From Clostridia bacterium (GTDB taxonomy: Bacteria; Bacillota; Clostridia; TANB77; CAG-465), in the NCBI GenBank assembly GCA_900772475.1, contig CAAHEI010000105.1, positions 13,393 to 77,392 of the forward strand: a stretch of DNA of 64,000 bases, in the 5' to 3' direction. Numbering within the stretch: the first letter of the stretch is position 1; the number at the start of each line of letters is the position of its first letter. Below the pieces are notes generated by a model. The model was not told the DNA's origin. It worked only from the letters and a program-made list of their open reading frames with translations, and did not search any database. Positions 1 through 8,429 of the stretch are shown here, piece after piece. The position numbers were made by a program, and so were the translations under genes.

Positions 1-138
1 TTCAATATGGCATTCGTCAGTTATTGGAAGTGTTGTATAATATCTTAACTTACACATATTGTTTGTGTCCAATTCACACAACACAATCAATTCGTTGTAA
101 TTCGTGTCATCATTTTCTTTTGGTTTAATTTTTGGCAT
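1..138 (-). CDS. hypothetical protein (5' part; continues past the left window edge)
   Basis: ATG at 138..136 with AAAGGA about 10 nt upstream overlaps the stop of ORF 125..349. The frame stays open to position 1 (MPKIKPKENDDTNYNELIVLCELD...). Confidence 0.5.
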   Translation of the reverse strand, partial: MPKIKPKENDDTNYNELIVLCELDTNNMCKLRYYTTLPITDECHIE

Positions 139-349
139 TTTCTTTTAGTCCTTTTATTATTTTTTTTAGTTTTTTATTTTCGTTATGAAGTTCTTGTAAT
201 TGTTCACACATATCATTATATTCTTCATAAATTTTTCCAATTATTATTTCAAAAGTTTGGCTTTGTTGTTTCGTCAAAGATTCCAAAAACTCATTTTCCA
301 ACTTTTCTTCCCGTTCTTCTTTTGTTGGGAAGTTTATTATATTATCCAT
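125..349 (-). CDS. hypothetical coiled-coil protein
   Basis: ORF track. AAAGGAG lies 7 nt upstream of the ATG. Part of the compact leftward array. Confidence 0.65.
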   Translation of the reverse strand: MDNIINFPTKEEREEKLENEFLESLTKQQSQTFEIIIGKIYEEYNDMCEQLQELHNENKKLKKIIKGLKENAKN

Positions 350-362
350 ACTGCTGCTCCTT

Positions 363-740
363 TTAAATTCGTCTTTTATTTTTCTTTTGTGTTTTTCTTG
401 TCGATGTTTTTTTTATATTTCCCTTAAAATTTTTGCCAAAAAACGCCATTACAAATTTTTCACTAGGCGGTATATCATTTCGGGATGGTGCTTTGACTGT
501 CACTAAAACATAGCCATTGTCTGCTTTTTCAATAACTAAACATTCACCAGTATTGATTGCAATATTTATAGCTTTGTCACAATTTATCCATGCAAGATAT
601 GGATGTCTTATATGTTTTTTGATTACTTCTATATCTTCGGTATTGAGCCTTTCTTTCATTCGTTCTTTTGCGTGGTCTGTTAAAATTAAATGGTCGGTAA
701 TTTCTTTTAATTGCATTTGCGTCAAAATAAAGTTTTGCAT
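363..740 (-). CDS. hypothetical protein (DUF4258-like HAKERMKER motif, tentative)
   Basis: ORF track. GGTGGTGA RBS. The motif DHAKERMKERLNTEDIEVI resembles small DUF4258-type domains. Basic C-terminal tail. Confidence 0.6.
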   Translation of the reverse strand: MQNFILTQMQLKEITDHLILTDHAKERMKERLNTEDIEVIKKHIRHPYLAWINCDKAINIAINTGECLVIEKADNGYVLVTVKAPSRNDIPPSEKFVMAFFGKNFKGNIKKTSTRKTQKKNKRRI

Positions 741-756
741 TTTATCACCACCATGA

Positions 757-1104
757 TTATAAATTCCAAACGATTTTGTCGTAGGTGTTTGAATAATCGG
801 TTTCGTATTTGCCTTTAAACTCCAAATAAGAATCGAATTCTGTTATAGTTTGCAAAACTGCCTTTACTGCTGAGTAAACACTAACATTACTCTCACACTC
901 CATATAGAAGTCATAAATTATTTCAATCAATTCTTCTTGTTGCTCAGTTGTTAAATTAAAATTAAACTCTAAATAATCATTGTCTAAAAGTCCGTCAAGT
1001 TCGTTTGCGATTTCCATTTCGGTAAAAATTTCATAATCTCTTTTGTTAAATTCTTTTTCAAGTTCTTTTGCTAATTCGTTTCTTTTTGCTAAATATTTAT
1101 TCAT
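757..1104 (-). CDS. hypothetical acidic protein
   Basis: ORF track. AAAGGAG RBS upstream. Co-directional packing. Confidence 0.65.
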   Translation of the reverse strand: MNKYLAKRNELAKELEKEFNKRDYEIFTEMEIANELDGLLDNDYLEFNFNLTTEQQEELIEIIYDFYMECESNVSVYSAVKAVLQTITEFDSYLEFKGKYETDYSNTYDKIVWNL

Positions 1105-1120
1105 TTTTATTTTTTCTCCT

Positions 1121-1381
1121 TTATTTTATAGTCGTTATAAATTTTATGTTTGAAAAGTATTTTTGATAATTGTTTACAAAATCTTCTGTAAGACATAATT
1201 TTCTTAATTCTTTGTATTTGTTTTTGTCAATAAGTACATTGTCATCAACTATCATTAAAATACATTCATTCATTTTGTCCATAGTCATTGATATGCTTTT
1301 TTTATAAAGTTTTAATTGTTTATTCTCTATTGCTGATATTCTGCTGTTATATTGTGTTGGTGTTATAATAATTTCTTTCAT
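1121..1381 (-). CDS. hypothetical protein
   Basis: ORF track. Fits the compact co-directional gene array. Confidence 0.6.
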   Translation of the reverse strand: MKEIIITPTQYNSRISAIENKQLKLYKKSISMTMDKMNECILMIVDDNVLIDKNKYKELRKLCLTEDFVNNYQKYFSNIKFITTIK

Positions 1382-1394
1382 TTTGTTTTATCCT

Positions 1395-1691
1395 TTATTT
1401 CCAATATGCTTTTATTCTATTCATTGTTTGTTTTTCAAATGCACCTAAACATCTATTGTTTGCAAATGTTTCGCACCAAATATAGTTTATTAATTCATCA
1501 ATTACAGCCCCCACTGAATTAAGCCGTGTGCCAATTTCTTGACCTTCCACAACCAGTCTTTCCTTTTCGTCATTCAAAATATAATCATAGTCTGTTATAC
1601 CGAATACTTCACAGATAGGTTTAATTGCTTCCAAAATTGTTTCTCTTTTGGTTTTGTCTTTTGTTTCGTGTATTAAATAAAAATTTTTCAT
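1395..1691 (-). CDS. hypothetical protein
   Basis: ORF track. Fits the compact co-directional gene array. Confidence 0.6.
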   Translation of the reverse strand: MKNFYLIHETKDKTKRETILEAIKPICEVFGITDYDYILNDEKERLVVEGQEIGTRLNSVGAVIDELINYIWCETFANNRCLGAFEKQTMNRIKAYWK

Positions 1692-1718
1692 AATCTAACT
1701 CCTGCTATTTATTATTTT

Positions 1719-1991
1719 TTAATGTGTATGTAATTTATAAATTTTGTTTTGGTTTTTATCTATTATTGTTATGGTTCCTATGCCTTTTGCTATTTCATAG
1801 TGATAACCACCACAATATGATTTTTCGCTATAACTTCCACAATTAAATTCTTTTGTTGTGAAAATGTCGTGTTCCAAGTCTAAACAATAATTCACAATAT
1901 CTTGCTTTTTATATTCATTAAATTTGCTTGAAGTCCATTTTAAAATTTTGTTTAAATTAGTTTGTGTAAGTTTTAATGTTACGATTTCCAT
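1719..1991 (-). CDS. hypothetical protein
   Basis: ORF track. Fits the compact co-directional gene array. Confidence 0.6.
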   Translation of the reverse strand: MEIVTLKLTQTNLNKILKWTSSKFNEYKKQDIVNYCLDLEHDIFTTKEFNCGSYSEKSYCGGYHYEIAKGIGTITIIDKNQNKIYKLHTH

Positions 1992-1995
1992 ATTT

Positions 1996-2295
1996 TTATT
2001 CCTTTTCTCTCTCTAAACTTTTTAACATATTTGTATATAATTCCACTTTGCCAAAAATTTTTTGTTCTTCTTGTGTTTTAAAATATTTTTTATTTATTTC
2101 AATAAGCACATTTAGTCTGTCTTTAATTTGTTCTAGTGTTAAACAACTTTGATTGACAGGGAAGTAATAAAAATTATAAAAATCTCGCCATAGCCCAAAA
2201 GAATAATGTTTTGTTTCGCAATTTTTAACGATACAATATTCTCCGTTATCAAATAAAACTTCGAATTTTTCATTTTTTCTATTTACAATTTTCAT
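1996..2295 (-). CDS. hypothetical protein
   Basis: ORF track. Fits the compact co-directional gene array. Confidence 0.6.
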   Translation of the reverse strand: MKIVNRKNEKFEVLFDNGEYCIVKNCETKHYSFGLWRDFYNFYYFPVNQSCLTLEQIKDRLNVLIEINKKYFKTQEEQKIFGKVELYTNMLKSLEREKE

Positions 2296-2308
2296 AATTT
2301 TTCTCCTT

Positions 2309-2731
2309 TTATATATTTAAGAAGAAGTACCACTTGCCAATTTTATTTATGCAATATTCTTCCATAAGGTCTTTTTCATTTTTTGTTTTAATATCATTTT
2401 CAAGTTTTTCAAAATCTTCATCTGTTTCGCAAGTTGTTTCAAAAGTACTGCATATTGTATTTTCTAAACTTTCACTACAATCATAACTATCAACCAACAA
2501 CTTGTTTTCTATAAAATCTTCTATATCAGTTGCTTTTAAATAATCTGCAAGTATGTTATAGTATTCTTGCTCTGTTATACTTTCAGTGCTAATATAGTCC
2601 AAGTAGTTGCCTAACTCATCATAAATTTTACTTCTGTTTTCTTCTTCGTTTGTTTCGCTTTGATATGGTTCTACATAAATTGTTCCCCAACCCAAGTTTA
2701 ATTTTTTTAATTGTCTATTTGTTTGTTTCAT
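2309..2731 (-). CDS. hypothetical acidic protein, paralogous C-terminus to 2737..3270
   Basis: ORF track. The C-terminal EEYCINKIGKWYF matches KEFCENYGIFKIGNMYF of the neighbouring ORF. Confidence 0.6.
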   Translation of the reverse strand: MKQTNRQLKKLNLGWGTIYVEPYQSETNEEENRSKIYDELGNYLDYISTESITEQEYYNILADYLKATDIEDFIENKLLVDSYDCSESLENTICSTFETTCETDEDFEKLENDIKTKNEKDLMEEYCINKIGKWYFFLNI

Positions 2732-2736
2732 AATCT

Positions 2737-3270
2737 TTAACTCCTAAAATACATATTTCCAATTTTAAAAATTCCGTAATTTTCGCAAAATTCTTTTTCA
2801 CTCATTGTTTCTAAATCTTTTTTAATTTCTTTTATTTCTTGCTCTACTGCGTCAACACCATTCCCAAATATTATATCTTCAAAATATGTTTTCATAAGTC
2901 TGTGATAATCTTCTTCATAGTCATAACTTGTAAAAATTCTGTCCATATACTCGTATTTGTCTAGTTGTTGTAATTGATTGATTATTTCTGTTTTTGTTTG
3001 GTTCTTTATGTTAATATCAAAACTTTCCATAACTTGTCTAAAATCGTCAAGAATCTCAATCATATAGTTGCCATTGACAAGTGTTACATAATTGCCGTCA
3101 GCAAGTTGTACTTGTATTTCATCAGTATAGGTGGTGTCTTTTTTGTGTGTTATACTCTCAATAAGTGCCACCAAACTATCTTCCATTTTATACCAATTTT
3201 CGTCTTTTAATTTTGTTAATTGTTCGTTGTGTTCCATAAAATCGGTAACTTGTTCTCTAATTGTTTTCAT
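2737..3270 (-). CDS. hypothetical protein, paralogous C-terminus to 2309..2731
   Basis: ORF track. Shares a C-terminal motif with the adjacent ORF. Confidence 0.6.
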   Translation of the reverse strand: MKTIREQVTDFMEHNEQLTKLKDENWYKMEDSLVALIESITHKKDTTYTDEIQVQLADGNYVTLVNGNYMIEILDDFRQVMESFDINIKNQTKTEIINQLQQLDKYEYMDRIFTSYDYEEDYHRLMKTYFEDIIFGNGVDAVEQEIKEIKKDLETMSEKEFCENYGIFKIGNMYFRS

Positions 3271-3344
3271 TGCCTTTTCTCCTTAATCTTTTTATTATTC
3301 GTTTTATATCTTTTGAATCTAATTTTGGTTTAATACTCACTTGT

Positions 3345-3689
3345 TCATTCTCCCTTTTTGTTTATTTCTTCTTGCATTTCTTTCAGTCTATATTCTACAA
3401 ATTCTGTAAAATATTTCTCGTTGCTGTTATTAAATTCTGTTATAAGATTATTTGCCAAATCTAAAAATTCTGTATCGTAAGCCATATTACAAGTAAAATC
3501 TATTTGCTTGTCTTTTTCTAAAATAGTTGCAATATTTCCAATGATAAGCCCTTTTTCTAAAAATTCTTGTTTTAATTCTCTTTGTTCGTTGATGTCGTGA
3601 TACATTCTTAACATCACTAAATAAAGGTCTGTTGTGTCATATTGTTTTTGTAAAATTTCTATTAAATCTAAATCTGTGTTTTTGGACAT
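3345..3689 (-). CDS. hypothetical protein
   Basis: ORF track. Co-directional array. Confidence 0.6.
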   Translation of the reverse strand: MSKNTDLDLIEILQKQYDTTDLYLVMLRMYHDINEQRELKQEFLEKGLIIGNIATILEKDKQIDFTCNMAYDTEFLDLANNLITEFNNSNEKYFTEFVEYRLKEMQEEINKKGE

Positions 3690-3694
3690 ATTTT

Positions 3695-4147
3695 TTATTC
3701 TCCTTTTGCATAATTTATAATATCTTTTGTTAATTGTTTATATGCACTTTCCAAGTCTTCCAATGTGTCATAGCCCCAATATTCAATTTCTTTACCAATG
3801 CTATCAAATAATTGTATAGACCAACCAAAAGTATCATCATCATTTTTATCTTTCGTTACAACGACTTTGCAATTATCTATTGTAAATATTTTTTTATCGT
3901 TAGAGTTCATGTTTTCAAGCGAATAAAATTGCCAATCATTGTAAAAGTTGTATGTTGATTTTTCTTTATAAATTTTTATCAATTCTGTTAAACATTCCAT
4001 ATCGTCTTGTGGAAGTCTGTTATACATTTCTTGTGTGAAGTTTTTAATCGTGTCCAATTCTTTTATTTTGTTGTTTGTGGTGTTGTAAAATACAATTTCT
4101 TGTTTTTTGTTATCGTAACACCAGTTTGTTATATCTTTATAGTCCAT
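3695..4147 (-). CDS. hypothetical protein
   Basis: ORF track. Co-directional array. Confidence 0.6.
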   Translation of the reverse strand: MDYKDITNWCYDNKKQEIVFYNTTNNKIKELDTIKNFTQEMYNRLPQDDMECLTELIKIYKEKSTYNFYNDWQFYSLENMNSNDKKIFTIDNCKVVVTKDKNDDDTFGWSIQLFDSIGKEIEYWGYDTLEDLESAYKQLTKDIINYAKGE

Positions 4148-4150
4148 TGT

Positions 4151-4462
4151 TTAATTCTCTTTTCCGTAGTTTAAAATATAATCTCTATAGCTCTTTTTAC
4201 TTGTATATTCCTTATTGTAAGAACTGTTGTATATTTTACAACCTAAGTCATAAAACTTGTCTAAAATATTGCACATTTCGTTTTTTAGATTGTTGTCACT
4301 TTTTGCATTTTTACTTGCAGAAAATACACTCATACTTTTTTCATATAGTTTGTTGTAAAGTACATTAAGTTGTTCTATTTCTTTTTTATTTTTCTCTTGA
4401 AAATCTTTGCAAAATATTCGTTCCTTTATTACTCCAAATTTTAAGCCAATATAATTTTCCAT
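4151..4462 (-). CDS. hypothetical protein
   Basis: ORF track. Co-directional array. Confidence 0.6.
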   Translation of the reverse strand: MENYIGLKFGVIKERIFCKDFQEKNKKEIEQLNVLYNKLYEKSMSVFSASKNAKSDNNLKNEMCNILDKFYDLGCKIYNSSYNKEYTSKKSYRDYILNYGKEN

Positions 4463-4476
4463 TTTATAAAATCTCC

Positions 4477-4692
4477 TTATTTCTTATATGTTTTAATTTT
4501 ATCTCTTTTTGTAATACAAAATTTGATATAGTCTAAATATTCATTATCCAGTGTTTCAAGCCACATTTCTAGGTCTGAATAAAAATTACTTTCTGTAAAT
4601 GTTATTTCTACGCTGTCGATTTCTCCATTTTTATATTTTGTTGTTTTAACTTCGTTCAATTTCCCATTTGACCTTATAATTAATTTTTTCAT
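4477..4692 (-). CDS. hypothetical protein
   Basis: ORF track. Co-directional array. Confidence 0.55.
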   Translation of the reverse strand: MKKLIIRSNGKLNEVKTTKYKNGEIDSVEITFTESNFYSDLEMWLETLDNEYLDYIKFCITKRDKIKTYKK

Positions 4693-4693
4693 T

Positions 4694-5041
4694 TTATAAA
4701 ATCTCCTTTTCTTTAAAAATTTCTAGTCTTGTTTGTTTTGAATTTTTAAATTCGTTATATATAATCAAATGTTTATTTGGTGCTGTTATATATTTTATAA
4801 CTTCCAAAATAACTCCATTACCCTTTTGGTGTGAGAAAATTTTCATCAATTCTTTGAGTGTTGGTGCTTGCAGTATCTCGTCAAGAAAATATTTTTTCTC
4901 ATATCCTTTGTTTTGTTGGTTGCTAATTTGCTCGTAAATAATTTTTAGTGCTGTTATAACATCTTGCTCATCACTTGCAATTTTTAAAATGCATTTCAGT
5001 CGTTTTATTTCTTGTTTTATATGTTTATTAAAAATAATCAT
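4694..5041 (-). CDS. hypothetical protein
   Basis: ORF track. Its start overlaps the stop of the upstream ORF 5038..5259 by 4 nt, suggesting coupled translation. Confidence 0.6.
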   Translation of the reverse strand: MIIFNKHIKQEIKRLKCILKIASDEQDVITALKIIYEQISNQQNKGYEKKYFLDEILQAPTLKELMKIFSHQKGNGVILEVIKYITAPNKHLIIYNEFKNSKQTRLEIFKEKEIL

Positions 5042-5259
5042 TGTTCTAGCCCTTTTTCCGTTAATCTTTTTTCAATTCTTTTTGCCAATTTGTTTTCTCT
5101 TTCAAGTACCAGCAGCCTTTTTCTTTCTTTTTCTTCTTGTTCATTGATTGCAAAAATTTGTTTGTTAACTTCGTTCAATTCATAGTAGTTAAAATTTTTC
5201 TTTGCCAGTTTTTGCCTTTTGTAAAGTCCATTCAATACTTTTTTAGTTTGTCTATCCAT
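5038..5259 (-). CDS. hypothetical basic coiled-coil protein
   Basis: ORF track. AAAGGAG RBS. A 150-nt non-coding spacer lies upstream. Confidence 0.6.
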   Translation of the reverse strand: MDRQTKKVLNGLYKRQKLAKKNFNYYELNEVNKQIFAINEQEEKERKRLLVLERENKLAKRIEKRLTEKGLEQ

Positions 5260-5410
5260 AATTTACTCCTTTTTAACTTTTTGACTTGATTTTAAGCCGT
5301 TTAAGGCTTGTTTTATGTGTGGCTTGATAATTTATACTTTTTTGTGCTTTTCATTTAAAATTGACCCGTTTCTGTGCTTTATTTGTGGTGGTTTGTGTAA
5401 TTGTTTCGCT

Positions 5411-5605
5411 TTACTTGTATAAAAATTTGTTTACTTGTGGTGTTATATCTGTACCATTTCTTAAAATTTTTAAACTACTAATATTCCTATTTGCGTCAAT
5501 CAATTTACTCATATAATTGTACATAGCACTCAATTTTGAATATTCAAACTCGCTTGTTTGTTCTCCCTTGTTAATATATTTAATCTCATAACTGTAATTT
5601 TTCAT
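5411..5605 (-). CDS. hypothetical protein
   Basis: ORF track. Co-directional array. Confidence 0.55.
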   Translation of the reverse strand: MKNYSYEIKYINKGEQTSEFEYSKLSAMYNYMSKLIDANRNISSLKILRNGTDITPQVNKFLYK

Positions 5606-5622
5606 TGCTTTAATTCTCCTTT

Positions 5623-5847
5623 TTACATTTCAAATTCAATAATAATTTTATAGATTGCAATTTGGTTTTTATAATAATAGTCTTTTAATGCTTCAAATTC
5701 TTTTTGCATTTCTTCAAAACTAAAATAACATTGTGCATTATATATGCTTTTAGAATATAAAACTCTGTTATTTTCTTTATCAAAAAAATTTATATACTTG
5801 ATTTCATTATCAGCTTTTTTTAATTCAATTACTTTAATATAATACAT
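5623..5847 (-). CDS. hypothetical protein
   Basis: ORF track. AAGGGAGAG lies 9 nt upstream of the ATG. Confidence 0.6.
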   Translation of the reverse strand: MYYIKVIELKKADNEIKYINFFDKENNRVLYSKSIYNAQCYFSFEEMQKEFEALKDYYYKNQIAIYKIIIEFEM

Positions 5848-5898
5848 TTTTTCATTCTCTCCCTTTATCTTGTTCTTTTTTCATTGCTGTTACTCCTT

Positions 5899-6171
5899 TT
5901 ATATCTCAAATGGCAATATATCAAAGTAAAATGCAACTTTGCCATTTTCAAAAATTTCATTATCATAGTAAATTGTGTTTACTAACATATTTAGTTTTTT
6001 TGCATAATCATATTGATTTTGTGGGCAAAGTTTTTTCATTGCTGTTATATAATCTTTTGCGAATTGTTCCACTTGCTCTTGTGCTTGCTCTTCGCTGTTA
6101 AATAACTTGTTAGTTGGTTGGTTAATCGTTCCAAATTTTAACTCGTTTATGATGATTGCGTATTTTATCAT
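5899..6171 (-). CDS. hypothetical protein
   Basis: ORF track. Co-directional array. Confidence 0.6.
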   Translation of the reverse strand: MIKYAIIINELKFGTINQPTNKLFNSEEQAQEQVEQFAKDYITAMKKLCPQNQYDYAKKLNMLVNTIYYDNEIFENGKVAFYFDILPFEI

Positions 6172-6205
6172 TTTTTATTACTCCTTAAATTTATTTTTTG
6201 TTATG

Positions 6206-6382
6206 TTATAGTTTTATAAGTTCTTCAAGTGTTATACCTTTTAATCTTTTTCTTGCTATCTCAATAGCATTTTTTCGGTGTCCTGCATTGTTTATTAAAT
6301 TATCAGCCCAACTTTCTGCTTGCTTTTTTGTTACTTTACGCCAGCCACTAAAAAATGATTTTATAAAAATTTCTTTTTCCAT
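6206..6382 (-). CDS. hypothetical 58-aa protein (below the ORF-track cutoff)
   Basis: Hand translation: MEKEIFIKSFFSGWRKVTKKQAESWADNLINNAGHRKNAIEIARKRLKGITLEELIKL. AAAGGAG lies 8 nt upstream. It fills a gap in the array, so the + strand track ORF 6198..6461 is probably spurious. Confidence 0.6.
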   Translation of the reverse strand: MEKEIFIKSFFSGWRKVTKKQAESWADNLINNAGHRKNAIEIARKRLKGITLEELIKL

Positions 6383-6401
6383 TTTTTATTACTCCTTTAA
6401 T

Positions 6402-6566
6402 TTATTTGATTATTTCAAATTCGCCTGTGATTGCGTCAACTTTGCGAAGTTGTGGTTTTAAGTTTTGTATTTTATTATAATATTTTAATGCTTTTGATTC
6501 TGTTGTTAAAATCTTTGTATTTTTGCAATCGTCTTCTATAAAGACTACATAATAAATTGTTTTCAT
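6402..6566 (-). CDS. hypothetical 54-aa protein (below the ORF-track cutoff)
   Basis: Hand translation: MKTIYYVVFIEDDCKNTKILTTESKALKYYNKIQNLKPQLRKVDAITGEFEIIK. AAGGAG RBS upstream. Confidence 0.55.
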   Translation of the reverse strand: MKTIYYVVFIEDDCKNTKILTTESKALKYYNKIQNLKPQLRKVDAITGEFEIIK

Positions 6567-6651
6567 TGTGTTATACTCCTTAATTTAAAAATTTTATTGC
6601 ATTTCAGCGGGTCGGCTGTTATGCTTTCCCGCCGTCTTGCGTTTGTTTGTG

Positions 6652-7422
6652 TTATCTGTTAGCCCAGTATCCGTATGTTGTTATGTGGTTTTTGTATTTA
6701 TTCCAATACTTTTGAAGTCTTGTTGTGTATTCGTCTTTTTGTTGTTTATATAATGTTAAAATGTCTTGTTTTTCGTCTGCTGTTAATTCTCTTGTGATTT
6801 TTTCGCAAAATTGATTTTCTTTAAATTCCCAGTCATTCATAACATTAACATAAACATTTTTAAGATTGCCATTGATAGCAAAATAAAATTTATTGTATTC
6901 ATGTTCTGCTTTTTCTTTCAAGTGGTCATATTTGTTGCAATTAAATTTGTTATGCCATTCAAAATTTTCAAAATTGATTTCGGGTGCGTCGTATTCGTCG
7001 TCATAGTATAATGTTTTTGTTATTGATAATTTGCTTGCTTTTTCAATTTCAAAAATAAAGCCGTCAGTTGTTTTGTAATAGTTATATTGTTTTAAGATAA
7101 AATCTTGCATTTTTGGATCTTGCCATTCACTTTTTGCAAAATTGATTTTTTCTTCTTCTGTTAGTGGTGTTAAACTCTTTAAAATGTTTTCTTGTTTTTC
7201 GTGTGGTTTTACTTCGCTTGCTGTTATAGATTCGCCGTCTGTTAATGTTTCAATAAATTTTTTAACTTCTTCGGTTGCTTTGTTGTACCAGCATTTTTTT
7301 GCGGTGTGCCATCTAAAATTTTTATTTTTTAATTCTGTTATAATGTTTTGGTTTGGTTTTTGGTTGAAGTAGATTTCAACCCCGTTAAATTGTTTGTTAT
7401 TAATTATTTGTATGTTTTCCAT
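6652..7422 (-). CDS. hypothetical protein (256 aa)
   Basis: ORF track. Largest ORF of the left arm. I cannot name the family of the N-terminal GVEIYF..KP...LK...FRW....K.WY motif with confidence. Confidence 0.7.
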   Translation of the reverse strand: MENIQIINNKQFNGVEIYFNQKPNQNIITELKNKNFRWHTAKKCWYNKATEEVKKFIETLTDGESITASEVKPHEKQENILKSLTPLTEEEKINFAKSEWQDPKMQDFILKQYNYYKTTDGFIFEIEKASKLSITKTLYYDDEYDAPEINFENFEWHNKFNCNKYDHLKEKAEHEYNKFYFAINGNLKNVYVNVMNDWEFKENQFCEKITRELTADEKQDILTLYKQQKDEYTTRLQKYWNKYKNHITTYGYWANR

Positions 7423-7446
7423 TGCTTAAACTCCTTTTATATAATT

Positions 7447-7608
7447 TTATTTAATAATTTCATTAAAAATTATTGTTTTGTTTTTTTCGTTAATTTCAAT
7501 ATTTGCAAGTCCCAACTCGATTTTTTGTTTGTTCAAATTGTATAAAAAATTTATACATAGATTTTTTAAAATGTTGTCATTATGATAATTATAAATGGTT
7601 TTGTTCAT
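7447..7608 (-). CDS. hypothetical 53-aa protein (below the ORF-track cutoff)
   Basis: Hand translation: MNKTIYNYHNDNILKNLCINFLYNLNKQKIELGLANIEINEKNKTIIFNEIIK. AAAAGGAAG RBS upstream. Confidence 0.5.
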   Translation of the reverse strand: MNKTIYNYHNDNILKNLCINFLYNLNKQKIELGLANIEINEKNKTIIFNEIIK

Positions 7609-7675
7609 TTCTTTCTTCCTTTTATCTTTTTAATTTTTTTTTGGTGCAACTTTTGGCGGTTGCTGTTATGTGTTT

Positions 7676-7822
7676 TTATTCGTAATTTTTTGATAGTCCA
7701 GCAGTAAAAAAGTAAATATCATTTAATAATATGTTTTTAAAGCCTGTTTCGAGTGTTGATTGCTTTATTTTGTTATAAAATTGTATTGCTTCGAATAAGT
7801 CCATATTTTGAAAAATTTTCAT
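7676..7822 (-). CDS. hypothetical 48-aa protein (below the ORF-track cutoff)
   Basis: Hand translation: MKIFQNMDLFEAIQFYNKIKQSTLETGFKNILLNDIYFFTAGLSKNYE. A perfect AAGGAGG RBS lies upstream. Confidence 0.55.
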   Translation of the reverse strand: MKIFQNMDLFEAIQFYNKIKQSTLETGFKNILLNDIYFFTAGLSKNYE

Positions 7823-7883
7823 TGCTTTTGCCTCCTTTTGTTAAATTTTGCGTGGGTTTTTTCTTGCGTGCTGTTATATAGTT

Positions 7884-8135
7884 TTAAAGTATTATAAATG
7901 CTAGTTCGTCAAACATTTTGGGGATCTTGCGTTCTTTTTCTTTGTAGTATTTTTTTAACTCTTCTTCTCTTTGATTGATAAATTTTAAAGCCGTTTCGTT
8001 GTCTTTGTATTCTTCTCTTCTCTCTTGCAAGTTTTTGAAGTCGTCCAGCTTTTGCTGTTCTAGTTTTTCAAGTGTTATATCTTCCAACTCCTTTATTTTT
8101 GCAAAATTTTTTTCGTACTCTTCTGCGTTTGTCAT
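7884..8135 (-). CDS. hypothetical coiled-coil protein
   Basis: ORF track. AAAGGAG RBS upstream. Confidence 0.6.
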   Translation of the reverse strand: MTNAEEYEKNFAKIKELEDITLEKLEQQKLDDFKNLQERREEYKDNETALKFINQREEELKKYYKEKERKIPKMFDELAFIIL

Positions 8136-8243
8136 TTTTTTAAACTCCTTTAAAATAAAATTTTTATACCGCCGTGGCGGTTGGTGGTAAGTTGTTTTTT
8201 TTGAGTGCTTGCCAAACTCTAAAAATTTAGTTTTTTATATGTT

Positions 8244-8396
8244 TTAATCTAATTCCTTTGAATAATTTTTCAACGCTGTTATAAGATTCCAGCCGTTGCA
8301 GTTTTGCAACTTTTGGAAGAGTTGCAGATCTCCCAAAGTGCAAAGCTCTATTTTTTTAGTTAATTTTTTAAATTCATTTAATTCGTTTATGTTCAT
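8244..8396 (-). CDS. hypothetical 50-aa protein (below the ORF-track cutoff)
   Basis: Hand translation: MNINELNEFKKLTKKIELCTLGDLQLFQKLQNCNGWNLITALKNYSKELD. AAAGGAAC upstream. A decayed copy of its 5' end sits at 9583-9610. Confidence 0.5.
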   Translation of the reverse strand: MNINELNEFKKLTKKIELCTLGDLQLFQKLQNCNGWNLITALKNYSKELD

Positions 8397-8429
8397 TTTT
8401 TTATGTTCCTTTTTTTATTTGTTATTATT

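Noticed and set aside
5848-5884. N-terminal extension of ORF 5623..5847 from an upstream ATG with a perfect AAAGGAG RBS
   Set aside because: On recounting, the gap is 34 nt, so the upstream ATG (5884) is out of frame. It opens only a 10-codon mini-ORF ending in TGA.
1343-8282. Apparent roughly 10-fold over-representation of GCTGTTAT (ATAACAGC on the coding strand) across the left arm as a regulatory motif
   Set aside because: Most copies (4782, 4950, 6041, 7219, 8275) are in-frame ATA-ACA-GCx codons (Ile-Thr-Ala) inside ORFs, and one (1343) is in another coding frame. That pattern reflects codon usage. Only the three intergenic copies are retained, as a low-interest finding.
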